A DNA stretch of 64,000 nucleotides. It comes from Gracilimonas sp. (GTDB taxonomy: Bacteria; Bacteroidota; Rhodothermia; Balneolales; Balneolaceae). The translations under genes were made by a program, and so were the position numbers. The notes beneath the pieces are model-generated. The model did no database searches. It was not told where the DNA came from and saw only the letters and a list, made by a program, of their open reading frames with translations. Below, one piece after another: positions 44,879-55,829 of this stretch. Position 1 is the first letter of the stretch; every line of letters starts with the position of its first letter. The stretch lies in assembly GCF_040218225.1 (NCBI RefSeq), contig NZ_JAVJQO010000003.1, positions 163,326 through 227,325 on the forward strand. Direction: 5' to 3'.

Positions 44879-46684
44879 TTATCTGTCGTCTTCATCCATA
44901 GATAGAACGGCAAGGAATGCTTCCTGAGGTATTTCAACCGTACCTACCTGTTTCATTCGTTTTTTACCTTCTTTTTGTTTTTCAAGCAGCTTTCGTTTTC
45001 GGGAGATATCACCACCATAACATTTCGCGGTTACGTCTTTACGCATTGCGCGAACGGTATCGCGGGCAATAACTCGGTTTCCTATAGCCGCCTGTACAGC
45101 TACTTCAAACTGTTGCTGAGGAATAAGTTCCTTTAATTTTCCACAAACTTTACGTCCGAGGTAATAGGCCTTATCACGATGGGTGATGCTTGAAAGTGCA
45201 TCCACCTGATCGCCATTCAGCATGATGTCCAAACGAACAAGGTCGCCTTTTCGGTATTCGATAAATTCATAATCCAGAGAGGCATATCCGCGGGTTCCGG
45301 ATTTCAACCGGTCATAGAAATCAAAAACAACTTCTGCCATCGGCAATTCATACGTAATTTCAACCCGATTATTTTGCATGAACAGCTGATTTACGTAAAT
45401 CCCACGCCGTTCCTGACACAACTTCATAATCGGACCGATATAATCGGCTGGAGTGATAATACTCGCCTTGATGTACGGCTCATAAATCGCTTCAATATCA
45501 CCGGCACCGGGCATCTGACTTGGGTTATCCACCTCAATACGCTTGCCATTTTCAACCAGTTCAACTTCGTACTGTACGTTAGGCACTGTAGTGATGATAT
45601 CGATATCAAATTCTCGATCGAGTCGTTCCTGCACAATTTCCATATGCAGAAGTCCGAGGAATCCAGCCCGAAACCCAAAACCCAGGGCTTTGGATGTTTC
45701 CGGTTCATAAGTCAGGGAGGCATCGTTCAACTGAAGCTTTTCAAGGGCAGCGCGAAGGTCTTCAAAGTCGTCGGAATCAGTCGGAAATATTCCACTGAAA
45801 ACCATTGGTTTTGCTTCCTGATAACCCGGAATAGGTTCTTTGGCGGGATTATCCACCTTAGTAATGGTATCACCTACGCGAACATCCTGCAGCGATTTCA
45901 CACTTCCGATCACATATCCTACTTCCCCGGCATGTAATTCCTTGGTGGGCTCCTGCTTCATTTTCAGATACCCAATCTCCTCGGCATTATATTCTTCATG
46001 ATTTGACATGAATTTGAACAGATCTCCTTTTCGAAGTACCCCTTCCATTACGCGAACATAGGCAACAGATCCTCGATAGGTATTGAAAACCGAGTCAAAA
46101 ATGAGAGCCCGTAACGGCTTGTCTTCCTCTCTTTTTGGGCCCGGTACTTTTTCAACAATCTCTTCCAGAAGTTTATCAACTCCTTCACCAGTCTTCCCGG
46201 AAACATGCAGGATATCTTCATACTCACACCCGATCAGATCTACAATCTGCTGACCCACTCCTTCGGGATCAGCGCCGGGAAGGTCAATTTTATTCAGCAC
46301 CGGAATGATTTCCAGATTCTGATCGATAGCCTGATACAAATTTGAGATCGTCTGGGCTTCTATTCCCTGAGCAGCATCCACAACAAGGATAGCGCCTTCA
46401 CATGCTTTTAATGCACGGGACACTTCATAAGCAAAATCAACGTGGCCGGGAGTGTCAATCAAATTAAAAATATAGGTCTCGCCGCCCGGACTCTTATAAT
46501 CCATTCGGATAGCATGACTTTTAATAGTGATGCCGCGCTCACGCTCCAAATCCATATCATCCAGCATTTGCTCTTTCATCTCCCGTTCGCTAATGGAACC
46601 GGTTAGCTGAAGAAGTCGGTCTGCTAAGGTTGATTTCCCATGGTCAATATGGGCGATAATGCAAAAGTTTCGAATGTTATTCAT
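44879..46684 (-). CDS. lepA: translation elongation factor 4
   Basis: 601 aa. It contains [33 protein letters not shown] and the LepA C-terminal domain. Confidence 0.97.
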   Translation of the reverse strand: MNNIRNFCIIAHIDHGKSTLADRLLQLTGSISEREMKEQMLDDMDLERERGITIKSHAIRMDYKSPGGETYIFNLIDTPGHVDFAYEVSRALKACEGAILVVDAAQGIEAQTISNLYQAIDQNLEIIPVLNKIDLPGADPEGVGQQIVDLIGCEYEDILHVSGKTGEGVDKLLEEIVEKVPGPKREEDKPLRALIFDSVFNTYRGSVAYVRVMEGVLRKGDLFKFMSNHEEYNAEEIGYLKMKQEPTKELHAGEVGYVIGSVKSLQDVRVGDTITKVDNPAKEPIPGYQEAKPMVFSGIFPTDSDDFEDLRAALEKLQLNDASLTYEPETSKALGFGFRAGFLGLLHMEIVQERLDREFDIDIITTVPNVQYEVELVENGKRIEVDNPSQMPGAGDIEAIYEPYIKASIITPADYIGPIMKLCQERRGIYVNQLFMQNNRVEITYELPMAEVVFDFYDRLKSGTRGYASLDYEFIEYRKGDLVRLDIMLNGDQVDALSSITHRDKAYYLGRKVCGKLKELIPQQQFEVAVQAAIGNRVIARDTVRAMRKDVTAKCYGGDISRKRKLLEKQKEGKKRMKQVGTVEIPQEAFLAVLSMDEDDR

Positions 46685-46856
46685 GTGCGGAATTCGGTGC
46701 GTCTCATCTTAAACAACAAAGATACAAAGAAGGCAGGAGCTGTTAAAATTCGTTGTTGATGAATTTTTATTTCCTTAATCGCTTTTCGCGTTCATCTAAA
46801 AGTGGATTGCTCACAATCAATAACTTCAGCCGATTAACGGCTAACGAATAATGAAA

Positions 46857-47207
46857 TTACTCTCCGATGTGCTTATGTGAGCCTTTGTCGTGGCGTTTTC
46901 TGAGTTTCTTAATGACTTTGTGAAGAGGGATTTCTTTTTCAGCCAGCAAAAGCATCAGGTGAAAAATCAGGTCAGCCGCCTCGTTAATCGTCTCTTTATT
47001 TTTTTTATTTTTTGAAGCTATTACCGTTTCAACGGCTTCTTCTCCTACTTTTTGAGCAATTTTATCGATGCCTTTTTTATACATGGATGTTGTATAGGAG
47101 CCATCCGGCATTTCCGCCTTTCGATCGTAAAGCAACTCTTCCAGCTCAATCAGAAATTCGTAGTCTTTTTGTGTCAGGGTTTTAATATCTGCCATTTCTA
47201 TACTCAT
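46857..47207 (-). CDS. hisE: phosphoribosyl-ATP pyrophosphatase (stand-alone HisE, MazG-like)
   Basis: 116 aa. The pattern SYT--L-KKG-DKIAQKVGEEA-E--IA ... EAADLIFHLMLLL is typical of HisE. Confidence 0.75.
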   Translation of the reverse strand: MSIEMADIKTLTQKDYEFLIELEELLYDRKAEMPDGSYTTSMYKKGIDKIAQKVGEEAVETVIASKNKKNKETINEAADLIFHLMLLLAEKEIPLHKVIKKLRKRHDKGSHKHIGE

Positions 47208-47301
47208 GTATGCTCTTTTTTGCGGGTGTGAAGTTCACCATTTTATGGCACCCAAACAACGTGTTTTCTAAAATTTAATACTGGGATAAAGGAAGCAAAT
47301 C

Positions 47302-48489
47302 TCAATCCTCCCCATACCCCGTCATCTCAATGTACCCTTGCCCGCCAATTTCTTTTTCATTCATCGTTCCATTTACGGAAATAGTTCCTTCGTAGTAACG
47401 AACGGAAACATCCATTTCCTGATCATCAAATAAGGTAGCCAGCTCCAGCCGGAGGTTTTCTTTTGGGATCTCAAGAGTCCATTGAGAAGGATATTCCGCC
47501 CCGCTGTGCGGACTCTCCCATCGATCTGTTACTTCCAGATTTACATCTTCGGGAGAGATGGTTGTTTTATTTCCGTCCGGATCAATTAGCGAACCGGTGG
47601 TAAATGTACTTATCGACCCGTCAGTATTTCGTAACTGGTAGTACATCAAATCATACCCGTTGGAAAGCTGTATCGAAAACCAATCCCAGCCCTCCTGGTC
47701 TTCACCCAGCGCAGAGGTACTCCATTCATGATCCATCCAGCTTTGACCTTCCACCTGAAAAGTATCATCACCCACACTAACCGTTCCTTTTGTTTCCATC
47801 CGGGTAAATGATAAATAATAGGAGGCATTTCCTTCTTCCGGACCTTTTTTATCATATCCCTGGTCGCCCTGCAGTGTCAATGGTTTGGATGGAGTAACTT
47901 CGATATCAATTGAAGCTCCGTTTTCCATCCTGGCTTGAATTCTTGTTGGGAAGTTTTTGTCATTACTCTCATCCGGGTTGAGTCGGGTAATTCTCCAATC
48001 TTCCAGCCAGATTTCAAATGGTTCAACCTGAGCACCCGCCAGCCCTGCGGCTCCGCGACTATACCGTTCATCAAATACATGATTTTGATTCTGAACATCG
48101 GAAATAGCAAAATGCCCCAGATATAACTGGTCCGTATTCCAGTCTGCGCCCTGAGCTGTTCCTGTTTCTCCACTATCCGGTGGATTCAGCTGACTTCTGA
48201 ATATGGTAAACTGGTATCCAAATTGTCTCCCTTTCTGGCTAAACAGATTACCTGTGTAGTACCACCATTCGGTACGATATCCGGGATGAGGGCCGTGATC
48301 TTCAGGAAAGACAAACTCCCGCGGACCGGAAGCTCGCAAATATCCTTCTTCACTCCCACCTCCCATTGCTTCAGCTACAGAAACAGACGCTCTGATTTCA
48401 GCATGCTCTTCTCCCAGCAACCACAGGCCTGCACCTATCGCTCCAACTAAAATTAATACAGATAAAATCCAGATTTTCTTCATGAACAA
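47302..48489 (-). CDS. AttH/CrtC-like (lipocalin-like, hydroxyneurosporene-synthase-related) protein, membrane-anchored
   Basis: 395 aa. After an N-terminal TM helix comes FVFPEDHGPHPGYRTEWWYYTGNL, the N-terminal signature I associate with AttH-like proteins. It lies 6 nt downstream of the ABC permease gene. Confidence 0.7.
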   Translation of the reverse strand: MFMKKIWILSVLILVGAIGAGLWLLGEEHAEIRASVSVAEAMGGGSEEGYLRASGPREFVFPEDHGPHPGYRTEWWYYTGNLFSQKGRQFGYQFTIFRSQLNPPDSGETGTAQGADWNTDQLYLGHFAISDVQNQNHVFDERYSRGAAGLAGAQVEPFEIWLEDWRITRLNPDESNDKNFPTRIQARMENGASIDIEVTPSKPLTLQGDQGYDKKGPEEGNASYYLSFTRMETKGTVSVGDDTFQVEGQSWMDHEWSTSALGEDQEGWDWFSIQLSNGYDLMYYQLRNTDGSISTFTTGSLIDPDGNKTTISPEDVNLEVTDRWESPHSGAEYPSQWTLEIPKENLRLELATLFDDQEMDVSVRYYEGTISVNGTMNEKEIGGQGYIEMTGYGED

Positions 48490-48495
48490 ATTGAT

Positions 48496-51045
48496 TTAGT
48501 CGTTTCTGAGCGCATCCGCCGGGTTAGCCTGTGCCATTTTCCAGGAGGGATACAAACCGGCCAGCAATGCAGCTACTACAGCTAATCCCACGGCCTGAAT
48601 AAGCACTTCGTGAGTGATCATAAACTGGAGCGTCCAGCCAAATGACCGCAGGTTGATCACATACACCAGTACATAGGCCATCAGAATACCCAGCGGAACA
48701 GAAAGAAGCCCAGCCATTACACCCATAACTCCGGTTTGAGTAACTACATAATTCCAAAGCTGGCCCGGGGTCATACCATTGGCTCTAAGCACCGCCAGTT
48801 CCCTTGACCGTTCGAGTTGTAGCGCCATTAAAGCTGAAAGCACTCCAATAAAAGCCACCAAAATGGCGAGCATCCTCAGTACAATTGTAACGGTAAAAGT
48901 CCGGTCAAATATCTCAATAGATGCTTCTCTGAGCCCTTTATTTGATCGAATAAAGACCTCCTGCATTCCTGCAGATTTTGCCCGCAGCCGATCTACCAAA
49001 TCTTCCACTTCTACTCCCGGTTCAGCATAAAGCGCAAGACCTGAGACAGCCGTGTCATTAAAAAACTGATTGTACACCTGACGGCTGATGGTAATGGTCC
49101 CAATGTCGGAAGCATAATCAAAGTTAATAGCCTGTATCACAAATGGTGCCCTGCCCTGGTCTGTCTCAATTACAAGCGTATCTCCCAGCCCTACATTATT
49201 TCGATAGGCATAAACCTCAGAAACCATCACAATTGAATCTTGTGTGTATTTTTGCCAAAAGGTTTCTGCTCCGGATTTTAACTGGTATGTCTGCTTAGCT
49301 TTTTGTCCCTGATTTATAGCGACCAAGTTATCTGTACCCTTGTTGGTGCGAACTTCAACACTGCGAACGGTACTGGCATCTGCAACGCCTTCAGCTTGGC
49401 GGAGTAGATCTACCAATTCAGGCTCCAGCGTGGAATCGGCTTTGCGGGCTACTGAACTTGGAGGCTGAACATATACATCTGCCTGCAACTGAGCTTCCAG
49501 CCAGGAAACGACGGTGGTTCTGAAACTATCTACCATCACCCCAACCCCAACCGTTGCTGCCACGGCAACCACTAATGCAGCTATGGCAACAGAGGTTCGA
49601 CTCAATTCAGTGACTACCCCTCGCACTGCCATCTTTCCAATTAACCCGCTGATTTTACCCAGAACCGGACGCAGCAGTTTTGATAGCCCAACAATTATCA
49701 ATGGAACAAATAATGAGAAACCCACAATCATTAAAAGCAGTGAAGAATAACCGGCCGCAATACCACCATTTGGAATTAAAAGAATTAACCCTCCAAGCGT
49801 GCCAATCACCAATCCAGAAAAAGCAATGGGCAGAATTCGGGATGAAATTTTAGTCTCATTTGAAGAACGCCTCAAAACCGTAGATACCTCTGCTTCGGAA
49901 GCTTCACGGGCAGGCCAGAAGGAAGCAATAAGAGTAGCTCCAATTCCCATGACAATTCCTTTGGCCATCGGAAACACACCAATAGACAGCTCCTGAACCG
50001 ATAGTACAAAGTAAAGGTCGTTAATGGACTGAGTAACCAATTTTACCAATACCTGTGCAAGAAATATTCCTGCTACAATACCAATTACCGTACCCAGTGC
50101 ACCAATCAACAGCGCTTCTTTGAGTACGGTAGTTAATATCTCAGATTTGGTGACTCCAAGCGCTCTCAAGCGTCCAATAAGGGGGCGGCGCTGAACCACC
50201 GAAAACGTCATCGTATTATAGATCAGGAACATCCCGACCAATAATGCCAGCATGCTCAGTGCCTGCAAATTAAACTCAAAAGCACGGGTCATCTGTTCTA
50301 CTGTTTCGGTACGCGATTCTGAACGTACTATAGATGCACCTTCTGGTAGTACAGTTTGAATCTCCTCTTTCAGATTTACCTCCGAATCCTTTGGAAGGAT
50401 AAGATCAATTCTTGTTAAACTGCCTTGCATATCAAACAAACGCTGGGCTGTACTTATGTCTACTACCAGAAGGCTTTCCAAAGCCTGTTGGCTTCGGTCA
50501 TCACTGGCTTCTATCATTCCAATCAGTCTAATACTGAACGGGCGGCCTCCAACCAAAACCTGAATAGAATCTCCCGTTTCAACACTCAGTTCTTTAGCTA
50601 CTGACTGGGCGATCAATCCTGAGTTATCACCACTTATAAATTCAGATAATTCAATACCAGCCTGCTGGCTTGCATAATCCCTGAACGGAGCTTCGGCTAT
50701 AGGATCCACCCCAAGCACCTGAAAGGTTCGGTTTACTCCGTTAATTTTAGTATATCCTTCAACAACCGGGGCAGATTTACGCACGCCGGCTTTAATCCTT
50801 ATATCTCGATATGTTTCATCTGGAAGATCTTCTGCGGCTCCCCGAATTTGATGCGTTGCTTTGCCTGTTACAGCAGCCGTAGAAAGCTCAAATGCTTTTT
50901 CAGCGCTGCTATTTGAGAGGTCAATAGAAACCACAACGGCCACACCCAATGCTACCCCTAAAATTGAAAGTGCAAAATGCCAGGGATGACGCATTAAAAA
51001 CCGGAGGCTCGAAAGCCAAAGTAAATTAGAGTTATTTCTGCTCAT
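48496..51045 (-). CDS. ABC transporter permease with two FtsX/MacB-type halves
   Basis: 849 aa with a duplicated architecture: TM helix, large periplasmic domain, then three TM helices. It overlaps the ATPase gene by 4 nt. Confidence 0.85.
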   Translation of the reverse strand: MSRNNSNLLWLSSLRFLMRHPWHFALSILGVALGVAVVVSIDLSNSSAEKAFELSTAAVTGKATHQIRGAAEDLPDETYRDIRIKAGVRKSAPVVEGYTKINGVNRTFQVLGVDPIAEAPFRDYASQQAGIELSEFISGDNSGLIAQSVAKELSVETGDSIQVLVGGRPFSIRLIGMIEASDDRSQQALESLLVVDISTAQRLFDMQGSLTRIDLILPKDSEVNLKEEIQTVLPEGASIVRSESRTETVEQMTRAFEFNLQALSMLALLVGMFLIYNTMTFSVVQRRPLIGRLRALGVTKSEILTTVLKEALLIGALGTVIGIVAGIFLAQVLVKLVTQSINDLYFVLSVQELSIGVFPMAKGIVMGIGATLIASFWPAREASEAEVSTVLRRSSNETKISSRILPIAFSGLVIGTLGGLILLIPNGGIAAGYSSLLLMIVGFSLFVPLIIVGLSKLLRPVLGKISGLIGKMAVRGVVTELSRTSVAIAALVVAVAATVGVGVMVDSFRTTVVSWLEAQLQADVYVQPPSSVARKADSTLEPELVDLLRQAEGVADASTVRSVEVRTNKGTDNLVAINQGQKAKQTYQLKSGAETFWQKYTQDSIVMVSEVYAYRNNVGLGDTLVIETDQGRAPFVIQAINFDYASDIGTITISRQVYNQFFNDTAVSGLALYAEPGVEVEDLVDRLRAKSAGMQEVFIRSNKGLREASIEIFDRTFTVTIVLRMLAILVAFIGVLSALMALQLERSRELAVLRANGMTPGQLWNYVVTQTGVMGVMAGLLSVPLGILMAYVLVYVINLRSFGWTLQFMITHEVLIQAVGLAVVAALLAGLYPSWKMAQANPADALRND

Positions 51046-51782
51046 GATGCCATTAACCCGGCTGTATCTTTGACCTCATTTAACGTACCACCCCTGAGCT
51101 CCAGCACGCGATCTGCAATCTTGCAAATATCACGATCGTGAGTGGCAAGAATGATTGTTCTTCCATTTTCCCGCACCAGGTTATTCAGAATATCCAGAAT
51201 TTGTTGCCCTGTTTCATAATCCAGATTTCCGGTGGGTTCATCGGCCAGAATCAGCATGGGTTCATGTGCAAGCGCACGTGCTATGGCCACCCGCTGTTGC
51301 TCACCTCCGGAAAGCCGGTCAGGATAACTATCACCACGATCTCCCAATCCAACGTCTTCAAGAAATTGTTGTGCTTTATTTAAGGTCTCGCTATCGGTTG
51401 CACCTTTTAATTTGAGTGGAAGAAGCACATTCTCGTGGGCCGTCAGAGTCGAGATCAGATTAAACGATTGAAATACAAAGCCAATATTCTTGCGCCTGAA
51501 AAGAGTCCTGTTTTTTTCATCAAGTCCGGCCAGATTGGTACCACCGATAACAACTTTTCCGTTATCCGGCTTATCAATCCCACTGATTAAATTCAGGAGT
51601 GTACTTTTTCCTGAACCAGAACGTCCAAGAAGAACAATCATCTCCCCTTCTTTTACCGATAATTCCAGCTTATCTAAAACGGAGCGATTTTTATCTCCTT
51701 CCTGGTAACTCTTTGTCAGTTTTTCGAGCTGAATATGGGATGTATTTGGCATCTGCGATGTAATTAAGCCGTTTCTTGTCAT
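51042..51782 (-). CDS. ABC transporter ATP-binding protein (MacB/LolD-like)
   Basis: It has Walker [13 protein letters not shown], the signature [15 protein letters not shown] and Walker [13 protein letters not shown]. Confidence 0.9.
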   Translation of the reverse strand: MTRNGLITSQMPNTSHIQLEKLTKSYQEGDKNRSVLDKLELSVKEGEMIVLLGRSGSGKSTLLNLISGIDKPDNGKVVIGGTNLAGLDEKNRTLFRRKNIGFVFQSFNLISTLTAHENVLLPLKLKGATDSETLNKAQQFLEDVGLGDRGDSYPDRLSGGEQQRVAIARALAHEPMLILADEPTGNLDYETGQQILDILNNLVRENGRTIILATHDRDICKIADRVLELRGGTLNEVKDTAGLMAS

Positions 51783-51850
51783 TTAACTTCGAGCTAAACA
51801 TCACTTATAGAAGCAGTGTTCCTGAAGAATGAGTAATTATCAAACTCCAA

Positions 51851-51882
51851 TAAAAAAAGCGCCTGCTGATTAAGCAGACGCT
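51851..51882 (-). terminator. intrinsic terminator of the 1195-aa gene
   Basis: The minus strand reads AGCGTCTGCT-taatc-AGCAGGCGCT followed by TTTTTTTA. Confidence 0.7.
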
Positions 51883-51911
51883 TTAGGGGGATTAAGATTT
51901 CTACATTGAAC

Positions 51912-54900
51912 TTATTTTACTAAGGTCATCTTACGTATTTGTTCAAATTCGCCGGCTTTCAGTCGGTAAATGTACATCCCACTTGGTAGCTGACTAGCAT
52001 CAAAATCTACCTGATGTGTTCCTGCAGTTTGTCTGGTATTCACCAAATCGGCTACTTTTTGCCCAATTGAATTAAACACCGTTAACCGAACATCAGCTGC
52101 TTCTGGAAGTGCATATTTGATGGTGGTAGTTGGGTTGAACGGATTTGGATAGTTATTGGCAAGATCAAACTCTCCCGGTACTCCGGTCTCGTCAGTGATA
52201 TCCGTATCTGTCACCATTTGAATACCAACAGAAGCGGTTTTTACGCCACCATCTTCATCTGTAACTTCGATATCCAGCGTTCCTGAACCATCAAAATTAC
52301 CATTCGGTGAGAGTGTGAGAACCTGTCCATCGAAGTCTACATTGATACCTGATGTGTCCACCGCAAAGGTAAAGGTTAGTGCAGTGTCAGCAGATTCAAC
52401 ATCAGCCGTTCGGGCAAACATGTCTGCAGTAAATTCTCCATCAATTGGTACCTGAAGATCATTTTCAAATCCGGCAAGCTCCGGCACATCATTAACAGAT
52501 TCCACGTTCACTATAAAAGACTGACGAGCTGTTGTGGCTCCGTCGGTTGCTTCTACAGTCAGTGTATCGGTTCCAAAGATATTTTCAAGAGAAGTGAAAA
52601 CCAGGCTGGTGTCATTTTGAACTTCAGCTTCCACAATGTGGCATGGAACCACAATGGAATAAGTCAGGTTTTGGGTGTCATCATCCTGAAAAACTGTATC
52701 CAGGTCTGCAGCCACATAGCTTCCAAAATCCTCATCCAATGTAATTTCAGGTATTGGGCTGGAAACCACCGGCTGACTGCTCAATGCATTTGAATTCACA
52801 AAAGTAGCATCTCCATTCAGGCTACCACTCATAGCCTCTGTTGCTGAACTGTAGGTCAATGAAGAGCCTGCCGATTCATCGAACCGGAAATAGGAAATAA
52901 GATCTTCCTGATGACCCATTAATTGTTTATAGAAATTATCGGCTATCTCAGATTCCGTTCGAGCTACATTCCAAATGCGGATTTCATCCAGTTCACCGCT
53001 GAAGAAATTTCCATTCAGTGCATTGGGCCCGCCAATTAAGAGCGGCTGAGGATTAGGATCAATACTCCTGCTTTCACTGTCGGTAGCATCAAGTGACCCA
53101 TTCACATAAATCTTCAGATCTGTACCATCGTATGTGGCTGCAATGTGTGTCCATTGATTGGCTGGAATACTTGAATTGGTTGTAACCCGGGGCCCGCCAT
53201 TTGTGATATCGCCAATCGTAAATGAAGCAGCTACCGAACTTCCGGTTCCTTCCAGACGAAGCCGGTATCCATCACTGGTTGCTCCTTTTTGAACGATCAC
53301 CGCATTTTCATCGCTGTTTCCATCATGATTCACCCAAGCTTCCACCGTCATAGTCTCATCAAAATTGACGTACAGCTGTTCATATCCATCCAGCGAATTG
53401 CGATCGTCTAATCGAACATAATCAAGATCGCCATCCAGCTTTAAGGCATTACCAGCTTCATAGGAGGATAACCTGGCAGGTTTGGGATAGCTTAAATCAC
53501 TTTCCTGTCCGTCTGCATTTTCTGCTGTAACCTGATAGTAGTAGGTGTTCTCAGGATTTGCAAAAACATCGGCATACGTTTCAGAGCCTGCTGATGGAGT
53601 GTGAGTGTAGATTTTAGCTCTGTCAGACAAATCTTGTACTGATGATCGGTAGATATGATTTACATCGGGCTCAGGCTCAATCCGGTTCCTGAATTCTATA
53701 AAAGCATCAGTTTCCCTGCCTCTGGTATATGCATATGGAGTAACGGGAAAAACACCAGGAGCAGAAACGGTAACGGTCCCACTTACTGGTACTTTCTCCA
53801 TGTCGGTATGATAGGTATCCATACTTCTTACGATAGAATTTCCGTTATCATCAAACCGATAATAAAGTTCTAGTCCATCCTCATTTCCAGTAAACTCTTT
53901 ATTGAAATTATCTTCAATATCCTGGCGGGCCAATGCAATGCTCCAAATACCGAGTTCATCAATATGACCACTAAAGAATTGGTCGGAGGCAGCGGCATCA
54001 GCTCCTATAAATAAATCGAAGTCGTTACCGTCAATGGTTCGGGTTTCTGTTTCTGTGTTATCGAGTTCACCGTTTATGTAAACTTTCAGATCGTTACCAT
54101 CATACGTTCCGGCTACGTGTGTCCACTGATTGGCTGGAATACTGGCATTAGATACGATAGTTGGTCCACCATTAGTAATGTCACCGATGGCAAAAGCAAG
54201 GTTGGGTGCCTGTCCCTCTCCGTCAAACCGGAGCACATATCCGTCTGAAGTGGAACCTTTTACAGCAATTACAGCATTTTCGTCACTTTGCCCGTCATGC
54301 TTAACCCATGCATGTACGGTAATATCTGTTTCAGTGATATCGAGTGACGGCCGGTCGGTAACCAGTCCGTATGCATTCTTTGTTAAATGCAGACTCCCTC
54401 CACCCATCATTTCATAAGGCGTTGCCGACACCATGTGAGAATAGTCACTCTCATTCCCAGAACCATCAACTGTTGTGATTTCGTAATAATACGTTTGCCC
54501 GTTTGTCAGAGTACTGTTATCAGTAAATGAGGTAACTGTTGAAGATGCGGTAGCAATACTTTGCCGGTCGCTTCCATCGGGCTGTGTAGATCGGTAAATC
54601 TCAAAAGAAGCAGCATCATTTTCATCATTTGGGCCTAATCTTTCGTCCCATGATACTTCCACCTTTTCATTACCATTGTGTGTATAAAGATCAGGTGCTA
54701 TAGGTACAGCTCCAGGACTTCCAATTCCGGCGTTATCTCCTGTTAGAGTTAATGTGTTTGAGCCTGCAAGATCATTTACGGTACTTCCGGAAACAGAAGA
54801 AAACTGATACAGAGCGGCAAGACCTGTTTCGCCTCCCGCTAGTTCTTCCAGATAGGTGTCTCCAATTTCTGCTGCGGATCTTACTGCACTCCAGATTCGC

Positions 54901-55499
54901 ACCCCATCCATTTCACCACTTAAAAAATTCCCGGTTAATGACGCATTAGCACCGAGGGTTAAACTGGCATCGTTGGCATCAATCGTACGATTTTCCTGAG
55001 CAGTTGCATCTAATTCGCCATTTATATAAATCTTTAAAAACTGACCGTCATATGTTGCTGCTATATGTGTCCACCTGTTGGCAGGAACCCCTGTTTCGGA
55101 AAAAACAGCCGGACCGTTATTCGTTACATCCCCAATAACAAACCGGACGTAGGTTTCATCACCTTCACCATATAACTGTAAACGATACCCATCGCCACTC
55201 AAAGCCTTATTGATTAAGAAAGCATCCGTATTACTATTGCCATCGTGTTTTACCCAGGTTTCCAGTGTAATACTGGTTCCGGCTATGTCTAGTGAAGGGC
55301 TATCACCGGCTGTGGCATAATCTCCGTCACCATCCAGGCTAAGGCTCCCTTGTTGTGCCAACCCCTGAAATGAAGTTGCAGCCAGAATCAGGCAGGTGAT
55401 TATTGCCCCGGCTATATATTTAAATTTAAGACTCCATCTATTTCTCTTTCTCTCATTGAACGAATATTGATTTATTGTATCCTCTATTTTCATCTGCAC
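51912..55499 (-). CDS. triple LamG (concanavalin-A-like lectin) / FN3-like / cadherin-like adhesin with T9SS C-terminal sorting domain
   Basis: 1195 aa. Three paralogous modules contain W(V)KHDG-S...DGY-L-L...IGD(I/V)TN-GP...PAN(Q/R)WTH(I/V)A-TYDG--LK-Y-NG...FSGE-D--RIW. The C-terminus is NYPNPFNPTTTIKY...GMYIYRLKA...RKMTLVK. Confidence 0.85.
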   Translation of the reverse strand: MQMKIEDTINQYSFNERKRNRWSLKFKYIAGAIITCLILAATSFQGLAQQGSLSLDGDGDYATAGDSPSLDIAGTSITLETWVKHDGNSNTDAFLINKALSGDGYRLQLYGEGDETYVRFVIGDVTNNGPAVFSETGVPANRWTHIAATYDGQFLKIYINGELDATAQENRTIDANDASLTLGANASLTGNFLSGEMDGVRIWSAVRSAAEIGDTYLEELAGGETGLAALYQFSSVSGSTVNDLAGSNTLTLTGDNAGIGSPGAVPIAPDLYTHNGNEKVEVSWDERLGPNDENDAASFEIYRSTQPDGSDRQSIATASSTVTSFTDNSTLTNGQTYYYEITTVDGSGNESDYSHMVSATPYEMMGGGSLHLTKNAYGLVTDRPSLDITETDITVHAWVKHDGQSDENAVIAVKGSTSDGYVLRFDGEGQAPNLAFAIGDITNGGPTIVSNASIPANQWTHVAGTYDGNDLKVYINGELDNTETETRTIDGNDFDLFIGADAAASDQFFSGHIDELGIWSIALARQDIEDNFNKEFTGNEDGLELYYRFDDNGNSIVRSMDTYHTDMEKVPVSGTVTVSAPGVFPVTPYAYTRGRETDAFIEFRNRIEPEPDVNHIYRSSVQDLSDRAKIYTHTPSAGSETYADVFANPENTYYYQVTAENADGQESDLSYPKPARLSSYEAGNALKLDGDLDYVRLDDRNSLDGYEQLYVNFDETMTVEAWVNHDGNSDENAVIVQKGATSDGYRLRLEGTGSSVAASFTIGDITNGGPRVTTNSSIPANQWTHIAATYDGTDLKIYVNGSLDATDSESRSIDPNPQPLLIGGPNALNGNFFSGELDEIRIWNVARTESEIADNFYKQLMGHQEDLISYFRFDESAGSSLTYSSATEAMSGSLNGDATFVNSNALSSQPVVSSPIPEITLDEDFGSYVAADLDTVFQDDDTQNLTYSIVVPCHIVEAEVQNDTSLVFTSLENIFGTDTLTVEATDGATTARQSFIVNVESVNDVPELAGFENDLQVPIDGEFTADMFARTADVESADTALTFTFAVDTSGINVDFDGQVLTLSPNGNFDGSGTLDIEVTDEDGGVKTASVGIQMVTDTDITDETGVPGEFDLANNYPNPFNPTTTIKYALPEAADVRLTVFNSIGQKVADLVNTRQTAGTHQVDFDASQLPSGMYIYRLKAGEFEQIRKMTLVK
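52800..55346 (-). repeat. intragenic threefold tandem duplication (LamG + FN3-like module, period about 950-970 nt)
   Basis: WTH landmarks fall at residues 143, 459 and 783. Related DNA strings gtgtgtccattgattggctgg / gtgtgtccactgattggctgg / atgtgtccacctgttggcagg occur near 53150, 54117 and 55070. Confidence 0.7.
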
Positions 55500-55829
55500 T
55501 TGGTTTGTTAATATTTATGGTAAGGCAGAGCATGGTATTCCAATATTTCTGCCCTCTACCTTTACCTACGTGAGAGAAATTTAAATGAGCTCAATTTGGC
55601 TTTTTGCTATACAAATTGAAAAATCAAGACTTATAGCCCGCCATGAATTAATAATACCTGATGAGAAGAAAGCTCCATTAAATATTGTGGAGAAGACCCA
55701 GCTAAAAACGTCAGAAATGGAAGGGCGTGAAGGCTCACAACAAAAATGTCTTCAAAGTTTAGACCAAATAATGAGATGTTCTGAGAAAAGAAGTTTACTA
55801 AGCCCTACCTTTCCGTCAAAAAAGATTCT

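Noticed and set aside
45374-45937. 187-aa ORF antisense to lepA (and 94-aa same-strand, out-of-frame ORF at 45424-45708)
   Set aside because: Both are embedded in lepA, the most conserved gene of the window, and are typical long shadow frames.
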